From: Oopsacas minuta
Taxonomy: Eukaryota > Animalia > Porifera
Length of the DNA stretch: 64,000 nt
Reading direction: 5' to 3'
Assembly: GCA_024704765.1 (NCBI GenBank)
Contig: JAKMXF010000003.1
Span: 62,001-126,000 of the forward strand
Positions 23,098 to 34,554 of this stretch are shown one piece after another; the stretch's first letter is position 1, and the number at the start of each line of letters is the position of its first letter. The notes under the pieces are model-generated. The model worked only from the letters and a program-made list of their open reading frames with translations. It did not search any database and was not told the DNA's origin. Position numbers and translations under genes: made by a program.

Positions 23098-23563
23098 GCA
23101 CAACTCCTGTTATGTTGAACGCGGGTATATCGAAACACCCGCTTATATCGAATTGTGAAATGGTACAAATATGGTCCCAAACGTTAAAGTAACAGATATT
23201 CCATCTCTGATATCGGAGTAATTATCACGGCCCCTTGAGCTTAGATATAACAGGAGAGGTGACTGTTTCCAAACTGAATTTCATAACACATCGCTGGCGC
23301 GGGGACTTGCAAGTATTTTTGATATGAATTAATGATCATACTCCCTTGGACTCTAAATATGGAATTATTTAAGATTTTCACAATTCTCAATCACAGTCAA
23401 CTCTCCTATTATATCTAAGCCCAAGTGACCGTGATGATTACTCCGATATAAGAGATGGAATATCTGTTACTTTAACGGTTTGGGACCATATTTGTACTAA
23501 TTCACACTTCTATATAAGCGGGTATTTCTATAAATCCGTGTTAGATATAACAGGAGGTGACTG
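23098..23563. mobile_element. Two copies of a pogo/Tc1-type MITE in inverted orientation (about 23098-23266 and 23394-23563)
   Basis: Shared core ...GCTCAAGGG.CCGTGAT.ATTACTCCGATAT...TTTGGGACCATATTTGTAC... with CAGTCAACTC ends. The same family recurs at about 41513-41650, 45845-45995, 47600-47752 and 48755-48925. Confidence 0.75.
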
Positions 23564-24262
23564 TTGTATAGTTATGTGTCAAAGTTTGTTGTTTGTTAGA
23601 CAATAAATATTTGTATTACAAATATATTGAAGTATTTGTTTGTTTGTGTTTGATTCGGTAAAATTATTTGTAATTTGTTTTGTCAGCAATTTTAGAGATT
23701 ATTATTTGTTTGTTGTTATTGTTAACAAAATATAATGTCAGGAGAATTATATTATCCTTGTTACAACAAAACAAATTTGTTGTCTTTTGTGCATTTTGAA
23801 GTTTTCAAATTTCTGTTGTAATATCTATGTTAATTGTATCATCAACTTCCTAGTAAGAACGGAAGGAGGGGATATTTCTATGTGGTATTAACCTATTTGG
23901 TTCCACGAGCTTGCCCTTTGTAGAGGTGTTGTCTGCTTTTCGGAGTGTCCGTTTTGGGAGACTCTACTGTAATCATATTTTCACACCTTTAGTGAACATT
24001 TGAAATTATCCTAAAGATTAGCTTCCACTAATTAAACAGGAATAAACAGTGAAGAATTCTATTCTACTCATTATTTGGTAATATGGATATTTCCTAGAAT
24101 GTTATACTTTCAATAATCCCCAAACTTAATTTGGTAAAATATCAGTCGGCACAGACGATGATTTGAGATTTTTTCTCATAATAGAGGGAAGAATTAATCA
24201 TATTTGAAACTAAAAATACAAGAAACTGGTAAGCAGATCCAGGTGTTTAGGTGAGTATGAAT

Positions 24263-27208
24263 CAGGCACGTAGCTAGAGCAAGACATTCAGGGGGGCAAG
24301 AAGTATTTCGGGAGGGCAATTGCAGGGATAAATATTTTTGAAAAGTTAATTACTTGTGTATAGCAAGTACGACCCAGTCTCCTTTTCTTACATGTATAGC
24401 CTTTTGAATTCATAAAGTACCAGATTACTAAGCTAGGGCGCATTAGATTAGTCTACATTATAGTAAGAGCATTTATTAAGATACTAAACTCAATTCAGGG
24501 ATACTATTTGACATTACAAAAGAAAGCGGCTGTGCTTCATCTGCTTAAAATGTCATCTTTCCGAGAAATAAACGAACGGAAAACTTCTACTTCACAATCT
24601 TTGATATCTATTGCATACAGTTCAGATAGTGTATTCAATTCCTGTTTGTTAAGAAAGTTTTGAGACCTTGGTAAGCAGCAATCAGCAGCCTTCATGATGC
24701 CTGATTGATCTGTACCAAAACGGGCATCCAATTCTGCTAAGATCTCGCGGACATTTTGGCGTAACAATATTTCAAGCTCTTCAAAGTTGGATGCGTTTGT
24801 GTGTCCAACAGAGCTATTTAGATATCCTTCTCTAAACCTTTCTGGAAGACGCCGTTGCCTGATTGTGTCTCTTACATCAAAATTTTCGATTTCATATTTA
24901 CTGGACAAATCTTTGGCATATTCAACAACCTTGTCAAAATAGAAATTGACCGACCTTTCCCTCAGATCGGCAAGTAATATCAAACAAGAAGAAACAGTTG
25001 CTGTCGACTTCTGAAAAGCTTTAGTGCAAAAATCAGAGTAATCATACAGCCTACCAAAGTACACTAAGATGGTCATAAATTTCTTTGTTTGTAGACTACC
25101 TAGTAAAGATTTAGCTGCTAAACTTGTGTCTGCATCATTATCATTTCCAAATATGCTTAAAGTATCAAGTATGCAATCAAACCGACGCAGAAACCTTTCC
25201 ACCTCCAAAGAACGGGAAGACCAACGAGTACTACATGAACGTGCAAGTTCAAGAGCTTGGACGTTGGGATAGCGCTCATCCTGGACGTCTATGAAAACTG
25301 CATGTCGCTTTGTTCCATTCATGAACGAATACGTCAAATGCAATATATCAAAGAAAGATTTCATCAGAGGATGTCGTTCAGCAGTTGCAGCTAATACTAA
25401 GTTAAGCCTATGTGAAGCACAATGAACATATGTGGCATTGCGATAACCTGCTCCTTTCATGCGGGCTTGGACACCACCGTGTATTCCTGACATAACACTA
25501 GCCCCGTCGTAACCCTGTCCTACACATTTCAGAGGATCGAGCTCAAAAGGCTTAAGTAGCTCTATCAGTTTTTCAGAGATGGTGCCCGCATCCATGTCCT
25601 TCAATTCAATAAAGCCAATAGCTCTATCTCGGACATTACCTTTATGGATATATCGCAAAGAACCACCTAACTCCTTCTTAGATGCATCTTTTACTTCGTC
25701 AGCTAGAATAGCATAACAAGACGCGATTTCTACTTCACTTTTAACATAGTCTAGAAGCACTGAAGCGAGTGATGTAAGCAAATCATTTTGGATATCTGGA
25801 CTTAGCATTTTTGCATTTCTTGGAAGACTTTCTATCCTCTTGGTCACATTGCTATCATATTTTCCTAAAAGTTCTAATATTTCAAGAAAGTTCCCTTTAT
25901 TAAGCGACTGATCTGATTCATCATCTCCTCGAAGAGGAACATCTTGTTTGGCACAAAAAGTAATAATGTCAAGAACAGTCATTAAATGTTTCCGATTGTC
26001 ATCTATGAATTTCTCATTTCGAAAATTGGGATCCAGTTGCTTATCTACCGTCCCTATTATTTGATGAATTGCCCAGATTTTCTGTGTTTCAACAGCTGCC
26101 ATATGACACACAGAACTATCGTGCTCCCTGCACTTGTCGCCAAGTTTCCTCCAGTCACAAAGTCCTTTTGTTGAAAACGTTGCTTCAGCTGTTGATCCTC
26201 CAAAAAGCCGACACGGTTGGCAAAATATAGCATCGAGTTCTTTGCTATACTCTATCCAGGAGAATTGGGCATACCAATGAGTACTAAAATGTCTACCGGC
26301 CTCATTTTTTAGGTAGATAATAGAAGGCTGCCTCGGTTTCTCACCATTTTTGGACAAATCATTTACAGTCACAATTGGTGATTGTATATGAGTCGTGTTT
26401 AAACGGAGTTGAAATAGTTGTACAAGAACCGGAAGTTAAAGGGGTCGAAACTTGAAGACTCGTAACAACAGGCTCTACCTCCTCATAATTTGAAGAGACG
26501 ACATGATCTTCGATTTCTATTCGATTTCTTTTAAAATATGCCTGAACTTTGCTTTGTTGTAGTCTTTTAGTCATCTAGAATTGTTAGAGATACGAGTCAC
26601 TGAACTGATTGAAGAACAGAAAATGTGAAAGATATGAGATATAGACTATAGAGTGACTTTATAACTTATAGAGAATATCCGAAATTCGCTTCACTCATGT
26701 GTAAATTTCAAAACAAGCTTTGAAAACTGAAACCCTAAGAGCATCACCAATCCTTCAATTACTTCAATGGACAGTCTAACTTCTGACAACAATTACTAGC
26801 GGTCTGTGGTAATTCAATTAAAATTATAGTAGAAATTCAGTGCCTGTCAAAATAGAACAAGTTTACTATCAATGAGCGTTACTTCCTGTCTAATATTAAA
26901 ACCATCATCGCAACGCGAGTTATTAATATCATAGTTTTGACGATGCAGTTGAAGTACATAGACTATTAATTACAGTGGAGTCCGCTTACTAGCAGCTCGG
27001 ATTTTGCAGAAATTTGGTTGCTAATAGGGCAACGAAATTAACATTATAATCCCGTTTGGGACCCGAAAGCTGATTGTTAATAGAGCAATATTACTAATAA
27101 GCTAACTACAGTGTATATAAAAACGAAAACTTCAAATTTATCTGGGGGGGGCGAGAGAAACTTTTGGGGAGGCAACCGCCCCCCTTGCCCCCCGTAGCTA
27201 CGTGCCTG
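24263..27208 (-). mobile_element. hAT DNA transposon (ZMYM1-like transposase), defective
   Basis: Perfect 14-bp TIRs CAGGCACGTAGCTA and subterminal GGGGGGCAAG. Transposase on minus (26574-26359 frameshifted into 26372-24537) has a TTF-type Zn finger (IFCQPC..F), ILADE, GQGYDGASVM, CASHRLNL and TRWSSR. It stops before the final catalytic Glu and dimerisation domain. No matching 8-bp TSD. Confidence 0.9.
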
Positions 27209-27438
27209 CCTCTCGGTCTAGCTAATGATATCAAAAGTATTTTCTATTTTGTCGATTTTTTCTGATATTTTGAATTTGGTTAATTCTAATAATTTTGTTA
27301 GCTTTTATTTGAATCAAATGGCTTCAAAAGAAATACCAGATAATGAATCTTCACACTTGATTATTTCAGGTAGTTTCATATGATTAATCAGTATTTGAGT
27401 GGTGTTCGCTCACTCGTGAATCCCCTGCTGTCACCCGT

Positions 27439-27636
27439 CCCAAACTAGACCAATACCTAAAGATACTAAACTCAATAAAAGGAGAACTTAATGAGCCGAT
27501 TAGCTCTCATCTAACGGAGGAGCGTTTCTATCAACTTGCTGCTTCGTTACTCGACGGGACTGCATTGGAGATTATAAATGAATTAGAAGAGATGCAGTCA
27601 CTGACAGAGGAGCAGCTCCTGCAACAAAGAATGAAG
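27439..27636 (+). pseudogene. Captured exon fragment resembling DGCR6/gonadal protein
   Basis: Stop-free 66 codons ...YQLAASLLDGTALEIINELEEMQSLTEEQLLQQRMK ending at a GTAAT donor; recalled DGCR6 motif [34 protein letters not shown]. No start codon; wedged between two array-derived segments. Confidence 0.65.
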
Positions 27637-27732
27637 GTAATACACGTCGGATGCGTGAATAATTGGAGGATAGTGAAATATTAACCCGCGTCCGAATGGT
27701 GTCAACGTGTGTGCATGTATCGCTTATAAGAA

Positions 27733-27790
27733 TCAGTCGTGATGTTTCGCATTTAGGAGATTTTGTTCTTGAATGGCATAAATAGTAAAA
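27733..27790 (+). pseudogene. Duplicated last about 17 codons of the TIGAR-like gene at the start of array unit E
   Basis: TCAGTCGTGATGTTTCGCATTTAGGAG..TTTGTTCTT.AATGGCATAAATAG matches about 7083-7135 and continues into the same 3' UTR and NHL promoter. Confidence 0.9.
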
Positions 27791-28289
27791 GTATATTTGA
27801 ATATTTGTTTATTTGTTTGCATGTTTATATATTCGTGTTTGTAAATATTTATTTATTTGTGTTTGTTTGTATATATTTATTCAATTTCTACTCATTCAAA
27901 TACGAAATCTGTGATTAATATTATTTCTGCCAATTATTGGTGGCTCAGCCACTTTGAATTGTTAAATCTTGGAAACTTTAATTCTGTTTTTTATACTCAA
28001 AATTGGAAAAATGAAATTCAGAGTAACTTCTTCCCAAAAAATTGTGTCTCAGAACGAATTATCACACCTCAAATACAAAATATCAAATATGGCAAATGAA
28101 TAATTTCCATAAGAATAGTTAAGATATTCTAATTATAGATTACACAAATAGGAACTAATAGCTAATACAGCATAGCAACTAATTCTATACAAGGAATGTG
28201 GCTAGTTATAACTGGAACTAATTTGCATGTAGAAAGCTATCTGACCTAACACATCCCTAATTCTGTGAGACAATAGTCTCGTGGTAGAG

Positions 28290-28368
28290 TTCAAGGAAAT
28301 GTGATTAGTTGTAAGTTTCTATTTCACCACTTAACACCTGAATAATGAATGTATGAATTTGTATAAAT
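28290..28368 (+). promoter_or_regulatory. Candidate NHL promoter module: GAS-like TTCAAGGAA, ISRE-like AGTTTCTATTTC, TATA box TATAAAT
   Basis: TTCAAGGAA 28290-28298, AGTTTCTATTTC 28314-28325, TATAAAT 28362-28368, ATG 28412. The same module (with variants) precedes copies A, B, C and G. Function is inferred from the STAT (TTCN3GAA) and IRF (TTTCNNTTTC) consensus sequences. Confidence 0.45.
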
Positions 28369-28411
28369 ACAGTCTGTAAATGAGAATAATCATAAACAGA
28401 ACAACAAACAA

Positions 28412-29578
28412 ATGGCCACCAAATACTCAGATGAAATTCCTACTGACTCTTTCGAACTAACGGAACAGATGATTCATTCCACCTTCGAGAAGATAATTCG
28501 GATCGCGATAGAAAGGAAAGATCAGCTGCTTGTCCAGCTGTTCGATATGAAGCAGGACTATCTAAGAAAGGAGAATACAAGAAAGAAACGAGTAGCAGAC
28601 CTGGAGAAGATGATCCAACAATTCAATGAGACTTCTATTCAAGAGAATGAAATAGTGAAGTTTCAAGGAGAACAGATGTTGCAAACAAGAGCTGAAATAC
28701 AGAAATACGAAAAAGAAACGCCTGTCCCATTTCCTTCCTTCAATACTGAGGGTCTGGACGGTCTCCTAGAACAGCTGGAGAAGTTGGGGTCTATTCAGGA
28801 TATAGCTGTACCCTACAGAAACAAGACAGAGCCAATCAGAAGGATAGGAAAATATGGAAGTAAGAAAGGAGAGCTGTTTCGCCCTTATGGACTAGCTCTA
28901 GATGGAGATAAGATCTATATAGCAGATACATTCAATGATAGAATACAGATCTTCTCTACAGAAGGTAAGTTCATTCAAGAATTTGGTAAAGTGGAGCTAT
29001 ATAATCCATCCGGTATAGCATTATATAAGGAATGGGTGTTTATAAGTAATTTGGAATTTAATTTTATATTAAAATTCTCTAAAACAAATTACAAATTAAT
29101 TAAGAGTGTTAAGGGAGTTGTTAGTTTCCCTCTTGGTCTAACAACTGACACAAATGGAGAAGTGTTAGTTGCAGATTGTGATAATAATAGAATTGCAGTA
29201 TTCAGCTCTGATTTAGAATATATTAGAGAAATAGGAAAAGACAAACTTATAAAACCGCGTGACGTCAAAATAAATAATAATAATATATTTGTAGCAGACA
29301 ATAATAAGATTAATAATATACACATATTCTCTAAATCAGGTGATTTATTGAAAAGTTTCATAAAATTAGAAAATGTAAAAGAATTCATTTTTCTGTGTTT
29401 AGATTTGTATAATAATATTATTATTAGCGATTATTTCGGAAAATCAATTAATATATTTACTGAAGATGGACAGCTGATACACAAAATTAAATGTATTTAT
29501 CCTACAGGAATTATTGTTAATAATAACTTTGATATTATTTGTGCTAGTTTTAGAGATAAAGTAATAAATATATATTAA
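28412..29578 (+). CDS. Coiled-coil + NHL array copy E (388 aa)
   Basis: Intact ORF co-linear with the other copies. Confidence 0.92.
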   Translation: MATKYSDEIPTDSFELTEQMIHSTFEKIIRIAIERKDQLLVQLFDMKQDYLRKENTRKKRVADLEKMIQQFNETSIQENEIVKFQGEQMLQTRAEIQKYEKETPVPFPSFNTEGLDGLLEQLEKLGSIQDIAVPYRNKTEPIRRIGKYGSKKGELFRPYGLALDGDKIYIADTFNDRIQIFSTEGKFIQEFGKVELYNPSGIALYKEWVFISNLEFNFILKFSKTNYKLIKSVKGVVSFPLGLTTDTNGEVLVADCDNNRIAVFSSDLEYIREIGKDKLIKPRDVKINNNNIFVADNNKINNIHIFSKSGDLLKSFIKLENVKEFIFLCLDLYNNIIISDYFGKSINIFTEDGQLIHKIKCIYPTGIIVNNNFDIICASFRDKVINIY

Positions 29579-29696
29579 TAATATTATTGTTGTTGTTATT
29601 TACTTGTTTGTTTATTATTTATTAAATTATTATATTCACACTTGTCCTTTTCTATAAATTACCATTCCTAACCGTTTCCACACGTGTACCCCTATA

Positions 29697-29981
29697 CTAA
29701 TTATAACACATTATGTGTATCCTCCCATATTTGAGATCCAGTGGACAGCTTGCTGTCCTCCATGGTTCAGGTTGTAAACATATGATATCAGAATTAAGAT
29801 GGCTGTACTTAAGGAAGTAAGTTTGAATTCTAACCTCGTATGCGTCTTCAGAGGTGTCATAAAGTACTTCACTATCTGGAATTGGTTCCGGTTCCATTAT
29901 CTGAGCTGGAACTGAAACTGGAACTATAGGAGGAGGTCTTCGTATTGGTTCCTCAGGTTCTTGTGGTTGCATATCTGCCAT
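29697..29981 (-). other. Pro/Glu-rich 94-aa ORF or duplicated first exon of an unknown gene
   Basis: ATG preceded by an AAAC-rich leader; a second copy lies at 9043-9340; no recognisable domain. Confidence 0.35.
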
Positions 29982-30599
29982 TTGAATTAATTTAGATGGA
30001 AGTGGTCTAGAAATACATATTGTTTGTTTGTTTGTTTGTTTGGTTGTTGTCGCAAAATATGAACACTCAAATCAGGTGTGAATTAGCTCATTCGAATATT
30101 ATTTAATTCACCTCTCGGTCTAACTAATCACATCAAAAGTATTTTCTATTTTGTCGATTTTTTCTGATATTTTGAATTTGGTTAATTCTAATAATTTTGT
30201 TAGCTTTTATTTGAATCAAATGGCTTCAAAAGAAATACCAGATAATGAATCTTCACACTTGAATATTTCAGGTAGTTTCATATGATTAATCAGTGTTTGA
30301 GTGGTGTTCGCTCACCCGTGAATCCCCTGCTGTCATCCGTGTACCACCAAGCTGTGCTTGACCCCTAGGTTGTGAACCTCTGCAATACACTCTAGTTATA
30401 ACGAAGTGCCCGCCGCGTGCATGATTTCATTTGGTTGTAAGCGGAGTGGAATATATTATTTTGAAGCTATAGCTGCTTGCTTGTAACAGAAGTTTACTGT
30501 ACGATTCGCTAATAGGCGGCCTCCACAGATATTTGATAGTTTATATGAAAATTGATGCGATACACAACCTTGATAATCCTAACCTGCCACATGTCCAAA

Positions 30600-31770
30600 C
30601 GATTGCCAGTCAACTCGTACCTATTTCAACTCGTACTTTTTATTTTGGTCAACTCGTCCCCATTTTCATAGTCAAGTCGTCCCATTTTTTTGGACAACTC
30701 TTAGGCGTATCTATTCTATAATAGATACAACTTATTCCTAAATTTGCTATTAATATTAAACAACAAGAATGTTTTATACAACTTATGATAAACAATAATA
30801 TATTTTTTATAGAATATCCGTGGAGTAAATATGTGTTGAGCTATTCTGTGGGTCCAGCTAGATGGGCACATCTATCAAGCAGTCTTTTGGAATCTCGTAG
30901 CGTCATCGTTGTTAATCGATATTCTTCCCATGCATTGCATATACTGCTTTGAGTCCAACGAAAACGGCGTTTTTGGCGTCTAGTTAACTTTACTCCATGC
31001 ACAAGTCGGACCTGTAGGTCGGCCATCTTTGCCTATATGTAAAATATTAGAATTAAAAATATGGTTTATTAATTATTCAAGTTATTAAAACCAGAAATTA
31101 ACTTTAGAGTTTAGGGAAGTGTTGCCTAAGGTCCTTAACTAGAGTTGATTATTAGTTAAGTTTGTATACATTAGTTGCTTTTCTTACATCTCTTGATAGT
31201 AGTTCTACCAGTAAATAAATTGCGGACTGTTCCTTGTTGCAGCTCTATTTAACTTGGAGTGCCAACCTTCCACATCATTATTGGTTCTTATTAGTTGATT
31301 ATAAACACTCCAAGAATAGGGAGTCCAAATACTATTCGAAATCCATCTAGTATAGACATAGTTTGTTAATTCAACTAATGCATCAGTTCCTGCCTTTTGA
31401 CGCAACTTCCTGAACATTTCCACTATATGTTCTGCTACATCTGAGAGCCTTCAGTGCCAATTCAGGCAGAGGTTTTCTAGACTCCTTTGCAAGGTCAAAT
31501 GCAAAAACGATTCGCTCTTCTCCAATAATACGTTTCTTTGTGGGACTGGGGGGTTGAGTAGGAGTGATTGCCAAGTAGATAGATCGTTACACTTACTGAA
31601 AGCATCACGTTCAGACTTCAATTCGCTGAATCTTCTCCGAATTGAGGAGAATTCGCCATTTGAAAGATCATATATCTGGATGAAGAAATCGACTGCTGTT
31701 CTGATTGAAGGTTGAGAGAGAGAAGATAATCAAAAGCTTCCTGGTTACTCAGTTAGAATTTAAAATATTT
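30600..31770 (-). mobile_element. Mutator-like (MULE) element remnant
   Basis: Terminal repeats of GTCAACTCGTAC(C)-type motifs at about 30608-30690. Minus-strand fragments W..NSIWTP.SWSVYNQLIRTNNDVEGWHSKLN (MULE catalytic Glu region) and LQVRLV..VKLTRRQ...W.EY (C-terminus). Absent at the equivalent position after copy D. Confidence 0.7.
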
Positions 31771-32243
31771 GCTAGAAATTTACTAAATAAAAGTAGTAAA
31801 ATGTGAATTGCTTATATTCTGAAATTCGTAAAAGTTAGTGGTTCGCTCTCTTAAAGATGCTGAGTGTTCATTTGCGGGAGGCTGGATGTAGGTCTAAATT
31901 ATAGATAATATCATGACAAATCATCCTAAAACTTGATATTACCTGGCCACGACTGGCCACAGTGAGTTTGAGGGGTAATTAGATCAGGGTATAATGTGTC
32001 CGGACACATTATGTGACGTCAAAATTAACTGAACCATGGAGAAAATATTCAAAGTGAAATATTTAGCTCTCATCAGAATTGAGAAGAGAATGTTCTGAAC
32101 TAATAATAGGTGAAAACTTAGAGCTTTCTAATGAGTATTTTTGGATCAAGAATTATATGCCTATGTGTAAACATAACATAGAGTATGAACTTGTATAAAT
32201 ACAGTCAGTATATTAGAATAATCATAAACAGAACAACAAACAA

Positions 32244-33407
32244 ATGGCTACCAAATACTCAGATGAAATTCCTACCAACCACTTCGAACTAACGGAACAG
32301 ATGATCCATTCCACCTTCGAGAAGATTATTAGGATTGCGAAAGAGAGGAGAGATCAGCTGCTTGTACAGCTGTTCGATATCAAGCAGTATTATCTAAGAA
32401 AGGAGAATACAAGAAAGAAACGAGTAGCAGACCTGGAGAAGATAATCAGACAATTAAATGAGACTTCTATTCAAGAGAATGAAATAGTAAAGTTTCAAGA
32501 AGAACAGATGTTGCAAACAAAAGCTGAAATACAGAAATACGATAAAGAAACGCCTGTCCCATTTCCTTCCTTCTGCCTTGAGGGTCTAGACTCTCTCCTA
32601 GAACAGCTGGAGAAGTTGGGGTCTATTCAGGAGATAGCTGGACTATACAAAAACAAGACAGAGCCAATCAGAAGGATAGGAAAACCTGGCAGTGAGATAG
32701 GGGAGCTGAATTACCCTTATGGACTAGCTCTAGATGGAGATAAGATCTATATAGCAGATGCATACAATAAAAGAATACAGATCTTCTCTACAGAAGGTAA
32801 GTTCATTCATGAATTTGGTAAAGAGGAGCTAGATATTCCATCCGGTATAGCATTATATAAGGAATGGGTGTTTGTAAGTGATTGGGGATTTAATTTTATA
32901 TTAAAATTCTCTAAAACAAATTACAAATTAATTAAGAGTGTTAAGGGAGTTGTTAGTTACCCTTATGGTCTAACAACTGACACAAATGGAGAAGTGTTAG
33001 TTGCAGATTTGGGTAATAATAGAATTGCAGTATTCAGCTCTGATTTAGAATATATTAGAGAAATAGGAAAAGACAAACTTATAAGACCGAATGACGTCAA
33101 AATAAATAATAATAATATATTTGTAGCAGACAAGAATAAGATTAATAATATACACATATTCTCTAAATCAGGTGATTTATTGAAAAGTTACATAAAATTG
33201 GAAAATGGAGAATATATTTTTCTGTGTTTTGATTTGTATAATAATATTATAATTACCGATTATTGGGGAAATTCAATTAATATATTTACTAAAGATGGAC
33301 AGCTGATACACAAAATTGAATGTAATAATCCTAGAGGAATTATTGTTAATAATAACTTTGATATTATTTGTGCTAGTTATAGTGATAGTGTAATAAATAT
33401 ATATTAA
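32244..33407 (+). CDS. Coiled-coil + NHL array copy F (387 aa)
   Basis: Intact ORF; shares its upstream region type with copy D. Confidence 0.92.
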   Translation: MATKYSDEIPTNHFELTEQMIHSTFEKIIRIAKERRDQLLVQLFDIKQYYLRKENTRKKRVADLEKIIRQLNETSIQENEIVKFQEEQMLQTKAEIQKYDKETPVPFPSFCLEGLDSLLEQLEKLGSIQEIAGLYKNKTEPIRRIGKPGSEIGELNYPYGLALDGDKIYIADAYNKRIQIFSTEGKFIHEFGKEELDIPSGIALYKEWVFVSDWGFNFILKFSKTNYKLIKSVKGVVSYPYGLTTDTNGEVLVADLGNNRIAVFSSDLEYIREIGKDKLIRPNDVKINNNNIFVADKNKINNIHIFSKSGDLLKSYIKLENGEYIFLCFDLYNNIIITDYWGNSINIFTKDGQLIHKIECNNPRGIIVNNNFDIICASYSDSVINIY

Positions 33408-33785
33408 TTATATTATTATTGTTATTAATGTTGTTATTTGTTTGTAATTAAATTCTCATATTTTACTATTTTTATTAATAATTTCCTTTCCAATGTAAAT
33501 ATAATTTTTCAAAAAATAGAATTAAATCATTAAATAATAAAAATTACGCACAAAGTTCTAACTAATCAACTTCTAACTCGATTCCAACTCCGGGCTCGGA
33601 TATCTCCGGTGGACTCCCTGCTGTCCTCCGATGGGCCACTAGGTGTGAGGGATTATTGCATTTTTCTTTAATAGTAGTATATTATTAATAATCTGAGATA
33701 AAAATAGAATCCAGTTCAAGTTATAGGCGAATAACAAAGAGCACACACATTAGAAGATATATTGTTAAAATAATATACACAGGTG

Positions 33786-34513
33786 TTAAAAAGATTCTCT
33801 TAAGAATTGGGTGAGTAGGAGCTGTTTAGCACTAGGACGATTGGATGGATCTCTAAATGAAATATTAATAGTTATACAGATGTACAAACAAATTCAGAGT
33901 GTAATCTAAGATATTGCTTATATCTTAGAAAGGTGTTCCCAGACTAATCACATTCCACATACACACAAAATTCAAATTTCTAGCCCTTATCATTCCCCAA
34001 ATAATATTCTCTTAAAATTCATTCATGAACAATATTTTTGTCCCCCGCGGGGGTTCACAATAGGTGACCATTACTGTAGCCTAATTATCAAACTAACTGT
34101 TGCAGACATCTGTTAATAAATGCCTTCACTCCATCTGATAATGTATCAGGAAGTTGTGGTAGATCATATCCCATTCCTATCCTGAATAGAGCTGCTTCTT
34201 GTGAGATATCTTTAAAGGCCCTACAAACACTCTTGAAGCTAAAATATGTGATGGAGGGAAGGGAGGTATTCTCATGTGCATAATTACAGAATCCATTCTA
34301 TTACAATCATTTAAGAGTAAATACCAAGGTGGCTTCCCTGTTGCCATCTCAAAAACTGTACATCCAATGCTCCTATAGAAATATACAAGATAATGGCAAC
34401 AAAATATAAATGCAAATACAGTCAATGCCCCCGGGAAGTCAAAATCGGTTCGAGATAGCGAATATTCGAGTTAACAGGTTTTTGAGATAGTGGATGTTGA
34501 GTGTATATAAAGT

Positions 34514-34554
<41 letters not shown>

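Noticed and set aside
33560-33660. GC-rich repeated segment (also about 14985-15065 and 19725-19800) as an extra kinase exon
   Set aside because: The kinase already terminates at 33786. The GGAC(T/C)CCCTGCTGTCC core resembles the small hAT-type repeats at about 41090 and 58820, so it is more likely repeat-derived.
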